A stretch of DNA of 20,000 bases from Candidatus Thorarchaeota archaeon (GTDB lineage Archaea; Asgardarchaeota; Thorarchaeia; Thorarchaeales; Thorarchaeaceae). Below the pieces are notes generated by a model. It saw only the letters and a list, made by a program, of their open reading frames with translations. It searched no databases and had not been told where the DNA came from. The stretch's first letter is position 1. Each line of letters begins with the position of its first letter. Shown piece by piece: positions 15,029 to 20,000 of this stretch. The position numbers and the translations under genes are program-made. The DNA lies in the NCBI GenBank assembly GCA_048884965.1, contig JBHLQH010000007.1, positions 26,235 to 46,234 of the forward strand, written 5' to 3'.

Positions 15029-16555
15029 CTACCTCTGCTGTTTGCTCTCCGCCTTTCTTATTGCCTCAGAGAGATTTTTCGTTTGCTCTTGAGGCTCGAA
15101 TAATCTCGGTCTTATTTTTACAAAAGTGGGAACTGACACAGTTTCGCCTACGAAAAGAGCCTCACCGACCTCTAATGTCGTTATCGCGTCTAATGACGAA
15201 CGGTCTATGCCTTCACTCGACCTCCCAATGTGGTCCAAATCGTAGGGATTGGTACACCTGAGAATGGCTTGATTGCTGCACTGGCTTAAGACAGTCGTAG
15301 AGAGTTTGACAGGACGTTGTGTGATTAGACATAGAAGTGCAAAGAACTTTCTACCCTCGCGCGCAATAGTTTCGATTCTAGCCTTCGGTAGAGCAAGCTC
15401 CTGCCGACTCTCTGGACAAAACTGATGGGATTCTTCTAATATGAGAAGAAACGGTGGAATGGCTCCCTGACGGCGGTGGTGTAAGAGTTCAGCTGCAAGA
15501 TGAGAGACTATGATTTGCTTTTTCTTCAGACTGACAAAGTCACTCAAATCAATCAATGTAATCTTTCCGGGACGAATTGTATCTTTAAGATCTGGAACAG
15601 ATTCTCTCCCGAAAAGGCCGGTATTCTCTAGGTTGAATAGCCAACCAATGAGCGCTTCTCGAGTGTTTTTACTTATCGTATCATCATCCTTGATGATTTG
15701 GATTAAATCGTTAAGATTGTACCCGTTTTTGAAACGATCTTGGATATCGGATATTGCTATTCGCAAGTCACGTCTCTGTACTTCAGACATGCCAGCTACA
15801 AAGGAACTCAGTGCATCTGCGCTTAGTGAACTTACTGGGATTTGAATGTGAGAGCCACGAATATGTTCGACGTCAAAACTGTCATCTGGTAAACCTAAAT
15901 CACGAGGTTTGAGATCTTTCAAGTATGAATATTCTCCATGTACGTCGATTACAATGACACTCAACCGACCTTGCTTTTCAGATCGTTTTAGGAGTTCTTC
16001 TAGCATAACGGAAACAAAATAGCTCTTCCCTGCACCGGACATCGCAAGAATAGCCAGATGCTTTGAGAGAAGACGGTCTATGGAGGCTCGGAATTCTAAT
16101 TCGTGATTGGCAACCTTTCCTAGATTCAGACCTTCTTTGGTGTCTAGTCGCAAAAAGCGAGCGAGAATGTCCTCATCTGTTCTTCTAACGACTGCACCAG
16201 GTGACACTGTTGTATATGGTCTAACAGTACGACCATCAATCCAAAAACCAACGACCTTTGTTTGAGCTATCGTATATTGCCATCGATCTGTTGGAAAGAT
16301 ATAACGAAGTGGTTCGCCACGCGACTGATATTCTCTAACTGCTTCTGCATGTTGGAAGTATCTGTTAGTTCGTATCAAATCCTGAACTCTGGCAATGACT
16401 GTTCCAAACTCGGCTTCGACAGTCACAAATTCTCCTCTTCGGACTGTTGTTTCATTGAGTCCTCCTTCAAGTACGAAGGAAAACTCGGACACTTTCGGGT
16501 CCTCATTTGTACATATTACCGTCCCAAGTCTGTGACCTGATTGTTCTTCTACCAA
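15029..16555 (-). CDS. herA: HerA-type hexameric ATPase/helicase (HAS-barrel + FtsK/RecA-like domain)
   Basis: Contains Walker A LAILAMSGAGKSYF, Walker B SVIVIDVHGEY, LILEESHQF and the LCLITQRP motif. The preferred start is TTG 16555, 4 nt after the nurA stop, with GGAGGT 7 nt upstream. The track start TTG 16597 would overlap nurA by 38 nt. Confidence 0.85.
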   Translation of the reverse strand: MVEEQSGHRLGTVICTNEDPKVSEFSFVLEGGLNETTVRRGEFVTVEAEFGTVIARVQDLIRTNRYFQHAEAVREYQSRGEPLRYIFPTDRWQYTIAQTKVVGFWIDGRTVRPYTTVSPGAVVRRTDEDILARFLRLDTKEGLNLGKVANHELEFRASIDRLLSKHLAILAMSGAGKSYFVSVMLEELLKRSEKQGRLSVIVIDVHGEYSYLKDLKPRDLGLPDDSFDVEHIRGSHIQIPVSSLSADALSSFVAGMSEVQRRDLRIAISDIQDRFKNGYNLNDLIQIIKDDDTISKNTREALIGWLFNLENTGLFGRESVPDLKDTIRPGKITLIDLSDFVSLKKKQIIVSHLAAELLHHRRQGAIPPFLLILEESHQFCPESRQELALPKARIETIAREGRKFFALLCLITQRPVKLSTTVLSQCSNQAILRCTNPYDLDHIGRSSEGIDRSSLDAITTLEVGEALFVGETVSVPTFVKIRPRLFEPQEQTKNLSEAIRKAESKQQR

Positions 16556-16559
16556 GATT

Positions 16560-17723
16560 CTAACCTCCAAATGGGTTTCGAGACCTTCTTCTTTCAAGCG
16601 TAGAATAGGTAAGACCAGATAATGCCATCAGACGATCGATAACGAATCGGGCATCGTTATTGCTTATTCTCGCTCTTGCATCGGCCTCTACAATCGGACT
16701 TGGCAATCCGTACTCGGGGTGTTGCCAAGATAGAGGAAGGATTGCTGAAAGAGTCCTGTTGAGTTGATTAATCCCCTCTTCTCCATCGGATTTGACCATG
16801 ACTTCGATTCGCAAGGGTAGATCATCTCTAGCTGTCTTAAGATATGTCACCCATATTGATGATGCCCATGGTGAGAGATCTGTTTGTAACGAGTTAGTGT
16901 TCTGTTGAAGCTCGCTTGTGTAGCGGAATGCAAACGTTCGCTCTCCCTCTTCAAGAAACGTATCCAGTAAATCACAATCTCGTGATATCTTAAACAGCCA
17001 CCGATAATCTATTCCTTGCATCTTCTCGAAAATAGAAGGATTTCTCAATATATGTGGGAAAATATCACCCAATGTATTGATGACTCTAGTTGATCTACTG
17101 TCCTTTACGATACCGACTAACATTGCTCTTTTTCTCGATATCTTATTGTAGAGCTGTCTATATAGAGCCAGAACTTCTTGGAATTTCTCATCTGCACCAG
17201 AACCTGTAGGAGGACGGTCTCGAGGATGATAGAATAAACTACCATCCATCAATACAATGTCCACATGGAATTCATCAATGGCCGATAGTGTCACTCGCAG
17301 CTCTTCTGCGATTCGCTCTAAGGATGCTAGTTGGTCTAATTCTGGCCCTGACATTGATAGCATGATTAGTTTGGCTTTTGGTTCGGGGAATGCATCAGGA
17401 TAGAAATCGACTTGTGGACTACTATTTGATTTGAACCCAAAAACCACAGCGATGCCTCTCGTTAGCAATAAATCCATGGATTTGAAGCGTTTCCTAATAA
17501 GCCCACCATCGATTCCAGCTATCTTGAGCCCATCCAATCGAGCTGGATGGATTTTCGTTGTAAACTCTGTTTCAATACAATTGGCAGCTAAGGCAGGGTA
17601 TTTTCCGAGATTGATTTCTTGTTTGATGTCTTTCATAACCCTACCAAATTGATGTTTTGTTTCCTCGACACGCTCAATCTCTTCAACTAGAAGTGATAGC
17701 ATTTTGTCGAGATTCTTGTCCAC
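16560..17723 (-). CDS. nurA: NurA 5'-3' nuclease
   Basis: The NurA-domain motifs IAGIDGGL and VLMDGSLF are present. Length is 387 aa, immediately upstream of herA. The GTG start overlaps the pyrG TAG stop by 1 nt; the alternative is ATG 17702. Confidence 0.8.
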   Translation of the reverse strand: MDKNLDKMLSLLVEEIERVEETKHQFGRVMKDIKQEINLGKYPALAANCIETEFTTKIHPARLDGLKIAGIDGGLIRKRFKSMDLLLTRGIAVVFGFKSNSSPQVDFYPDAFPEPKAKLIMLSMSGPELDQLASLERIAEELRVTLSAIDEFHVDIVLMDGSLFYHPRDRPPTGSGADEKFQEVLALYRQLYNKISRKRAMLVGIVKDSRSTRVINTLGDIFPHILRNPSIFEKMQGIDYRWLFKISRDCDLLDTFLEEGERTFAFRYTSELQQNTNSLQTDLSPWASSIWVTYLKTARDDLPLRIEVMVKSDGEEGINQLNRTLSAILPLSWQHPEYGLPSPIVEADARARISNNDARFVIDRLMALSGLTYSTLERRRSRNPFGG

Positions 17724-19396
17724 TACGGCTCCCTCTTCTTATAGTTTAGACAGGCCCTAATAAACCCAAGATATAATGGGTGCGGCATTCCTGGCTGTGA
17801 TTTGAATTCTGGGTGGTATTGAACACCTATCCAAAATGGATGATTTGTTAGTTCAACAGCATTGATGATTTTTCCAGACCGATCATGTGCTGCTGTTTGC
17901 ATACCATGCTCCTTCATCCTACTAACATATCTATCAATTAGGTGATAGCGATGACGGAAACGTTCACGAGCGTTGGAAGTGCCATATAGTTTTGAAAGGA
18001 GTGTGTTATCCTTAATGAAGACTTCATGTCCTCCCAAACGCATCGTCCCGCCCATGTCTTCCGTTACCTTCTGTTCGTCCATCAAGCTCACAACGGGATA
18101 CAGACTATTACTATCAACCTCAGTCGTATGAGCACCTTTCCATCCCATCACATGGCGTGAAAAAGCGACAACTCCGAGTTGAGCTCCATAGCATATCCCC
18201 AAGAACGGGATTTTTGATTCGAAGCTGACGATGGCTGCATTTATCATTCCCTCTACACCCCGTTCGCCAAATCCCGGAGTCAATAGAATTCCTTCTACTT
18301 CACCAAGATCTTCAATCAAACAGGATATATCACATCGTTCCTCAGTTTCAATCCACTTTATTTTCACTTGTACCCCACAAGCAGCAGCAGCATGAGCTAG
18401 CGCCTCATTGATACTTTTGTAGGAGTCACTGAGAGTGGTATACTTCCCAGGCATTGCAATTGTGATAGTTTTTGTGGGGTTTTTGAAAGACTCTACGATA
18501 CTTGCCCATTTGGCAGTTTCCGCTGTGCGGTCTTCAAGGCCTAGATGCGTAGTGATGATTGTGCCTAATTCTTGTTCCTCAAATGATAATGGAAGCTGGT
18601 AGATGACAGGTATATCTGGGTTCGAGATTACTCTATCCTCCGGAACATTACAGAATAAAGCAATCTTACGCTCAGCAGACTCAGTAAGCTCTTTCTCTGC
18701 ACGACAAACAACAATGTCTGGCTGTAAACCCAGACCTTGGAGTGTTCTGACACTGTGCTGTGTTGGTTTGGTCTTGAACTCTCCAACAGATGGCATATAA
18801 GGAACTAAAGTGACATGAACGAACGCTACCTGATTGCGCCCTACTTCTCGTGCTAATTGTCGTACTGATTCCAAGAAAGGCATGGCTTCGATATCACCCA
18901 CGGTCCCTCCAATTTCGACAAGGACTACATCTGGTATTGGTTCTTGGGCAGCGACATCCCAGATTCTGCGTTTAATTCGATCTGTGATATGAGGTATAAT
19001 CTGGACAGTTCGACCTAAGTAAATCCCTTTGCGCTCACTGAGAATAACAGACAAATAGATTTGTCCGGATGTGATGTTTTGGGATGGATGTACTTCAATT
19101 CCTGTGAATCGCTCATAAGTTCCAAAGTCCAAATCAATTTCAGATATGTTGAAGTCTACACCTTCTACCGGTTTGAAAGTCCATGTTTTCTCAGTCACAA
19201 AGACTTCTCCGTGCTCAATCGGATTCATCGTCCCAGGATCAATATTTAGATACGGATCGATTTTGAGAATTCTGACTCCATATCCTCTGAACTGCAGCAA
19301 TTTTGCTATCGATGCAGTTGTAACACCTTTCCCAATGCCAGAAAGGACGCCACCAGTTATGAAGATGAATCTCGTATTATTTTTCAAAGAATCCAA
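17723..19396 (-). CDS. pyrG: CTP synthase
   Basis: TRFIFITGGVLSGIGKGVTTASIAKLL...EIGGTVGDIE...PFLGICYGAQ (glutaminase Cys)...RHRY...QYHPEF. Length is 557 aa. The TTG start has GAGGT 7 nt upstream. Confidence 0.93.
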   Translation of the reverse strand: MDSLKNNTRFIFITGGVLSGIGKGVTTASIAKLLQFRGYGVRILKIDPYLNIDPGTMNPIEHGEVFVTEKTWTFKPVEGVDFNISEIDLDFGTYERFTGIEVHPSQNITSGQIYLSVILSERKGIYLGRTVQIIPHITDRIKRRIWDVAAQEPIPDVVLVEIGGTVGDIEAMPFLESVRQLAREVGRNQVAFVHVTLVPYMPSVGEFKTKPTQHSVRTLQGLGLQPDIVVCRAEKELTESAERKIALFCNVPEDRVISNPDIPVIYQLPLSFEEQELGTIITTHLGLEDRTAETAKWASIVESFKNPTKTITIAMPGKYTTLSDSYKSINEALAHAAAACGVQVKIKWIETEERCDISCLIEDLGEVEGILLTPGFGERGVEGMINAAIVSFESKIPFLGICYGAQLGVVAFSRHVMGWKGAHTTEVDSNSLYPVVSLMDEQKVTEDMGGTMRLGGHEVFIKDNTLLSKLYGTSNARERFRHRYHLIDRYVSRMKEHGMQTAAHDRSGKIINAVELTNHPFWIGVQYHPEFKSQPGMPHPLYLGFIRACLNYKKREP

Positions 19397-19492
19397 GTAT
19401 AATACCTCAGAAATTTCCCCTCACGATTGGGGGTCAACACGAGTTTGCTTCAGGACCATTTCGTATAAAGTAATCGCTGGGTTGGTACCATC

Positions 19493-20000
19493 TTATTGTA
19501 CTGGCTGGGTCATAGCACTTGATCGCATCGCATCATGGAATAGTATTTCGAATGCTTCTAATACGTTTAGACCATTCATCGCGACACTTCTAATGACAGG
19601 TATGGCTGATGGAAGTTTGAGATGGTTTCTAAGTCGATTTTCATCAACTGCATTCGGTAAATCCTGCTTATTTAGGCAAACGACAATTGGAAGTGGTCGC
19701 TCTTCATCAGAAATCAATGTCATTAGTTCGTTCCAACTAGCAAGGTTCTCATCTATGAGATTTTCTTGGGAATCTGCGACAAATATGACACCGTCAGCAC
19801 CAACAAGTACAACCTCTCGAGTCGAGCGATAGAAGTCCTGTCCGGTTGCAGACCAGATGTGAGCGTTAATTGTCCAGCTGTCACCAAGTGCGAATGGAAT
19901 GGTGCCGAAGTCACAGAACATTGTACGCCCAACGGTATTCTCAATTGAAGTTAGCCGATCTGCACAATCAAGACTTTTGAAGAGCCATTGAATAGAAGTG
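19493..20000 (-). CDS. MglA-like (Ras-superfamily) small GTPase, C-terminal ~168 aa (5' end, including the P-loop, off window)
   Basis: The frame stays open upstream of Met 19921 to the window edge (TSIQWLFKSLDCADRLTSIENTVGRTMFCDFG...).
- Switch I resembles the MglA TxxxRTxFFDF motif.
- Switch II is WSATGQDFY.
- GADGVIFVADSQ parallels MglA GVDGVVFVADSQ.
- G4 is LNKQDL. Confidence 0.7.
   Translation of the reverse strand, partial: TSIQWLFKSLDCADRLTSIENTVGRTMFCDFGTIPFALGDSWTINAHIWSATGQDFYRSTREVVLVGADGVIFVADSQENLIDENLASWNELMTLISDEERPLPIVVCLNKQDLPNAVDENRLRNHLKLPSAIPVIRSVAMNGLNVLEAFEILFHDAMRSSAMTQPVQ

Noticed and set aside
16556-16597. TTG 16597 as the herA start (longest ORF)
   Set aside because: It would overlap nurA by 38 nt. 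TTG 16555 has a near-perfect GGAGGT at optimal spacing and gives a typical HerA N-terminus. The longer start is kept only as an alternative.
19146-19832. 228-aa plus-strand ORF spanning the pyrG 5' end, the intergenic region and the GTPase gene
   Set aside because: It is antisense to two genes with clear conserved motifs. The translation is Ser/Thr/Phe-rich low-complexity sequence, and the ORF crosses a promoter region.
1-20000. Looked for CRISPR arrays, IS elements/terminal inverted repeats, integrases, toxin-antitoxin pairs and known defence-system genes
   Set aside because: None were found by eye. The intergenic regions are short (mostly under 180 bp) and every long ORF is accounted for by housekeeping or conserved-hypothetical families. 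A computational repeat search would be needed to exclude dispersed short repeats.

Overview
This is a densely coding (about 90%) chromosomal segment with clearly archaeal, mostly housekeeping content. Left to right it contains:
- the 3' part of an acyl-CoA dehydrogenase
- a DUF171/COG2106 SPOUT methyltransferase and archease
- tRNA-Ser(UGA)
- an alpha/beta hydrolase
- Elp3
- a HEAT-like hypothetical protein
- a stand-alone 5S rRNA gene
- RNase HII
- a COG1395-type HTH regulator
- a UPF0216/DUF61 gene, fibrillarin and Nop5 in one overlapping operon
- pyrD-pyrK
- ribosomal protein eS30
- a 671-aa COG2433/DUF460 RNase-H-fold protein
- a small ArsR-type regulator
- an unassignable 188-aa protein
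- HerA, NurA and CTP synthase in one co-directional string
- the 3' part of an MglA-like small GTPase

I see no transposase, integrase, CRISPR array, toxin-antitoxin pair or recognisable defence gene. I therefore cannot support a self-contained novel system here; the window reads as core genome.

The observations most worth checking are:
- a sharp GC step (about 57% to about 42%) at the ACAD boundary
- the pyrG-nurA-herA-orf188 string, which has no mre11/rad50
- the uncharacterised DUF460 gene, divergent from ArsR, with a tandem 8-mer in the shared control region
- the nop5-flpA-UPF0216 operon, whose Nop5 carries a Pro/Lys/Arg-Gly tail
- several start-codon problems (pyrD, eS30, herA, archease)

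The lineage cannot be resolved from this window alone.
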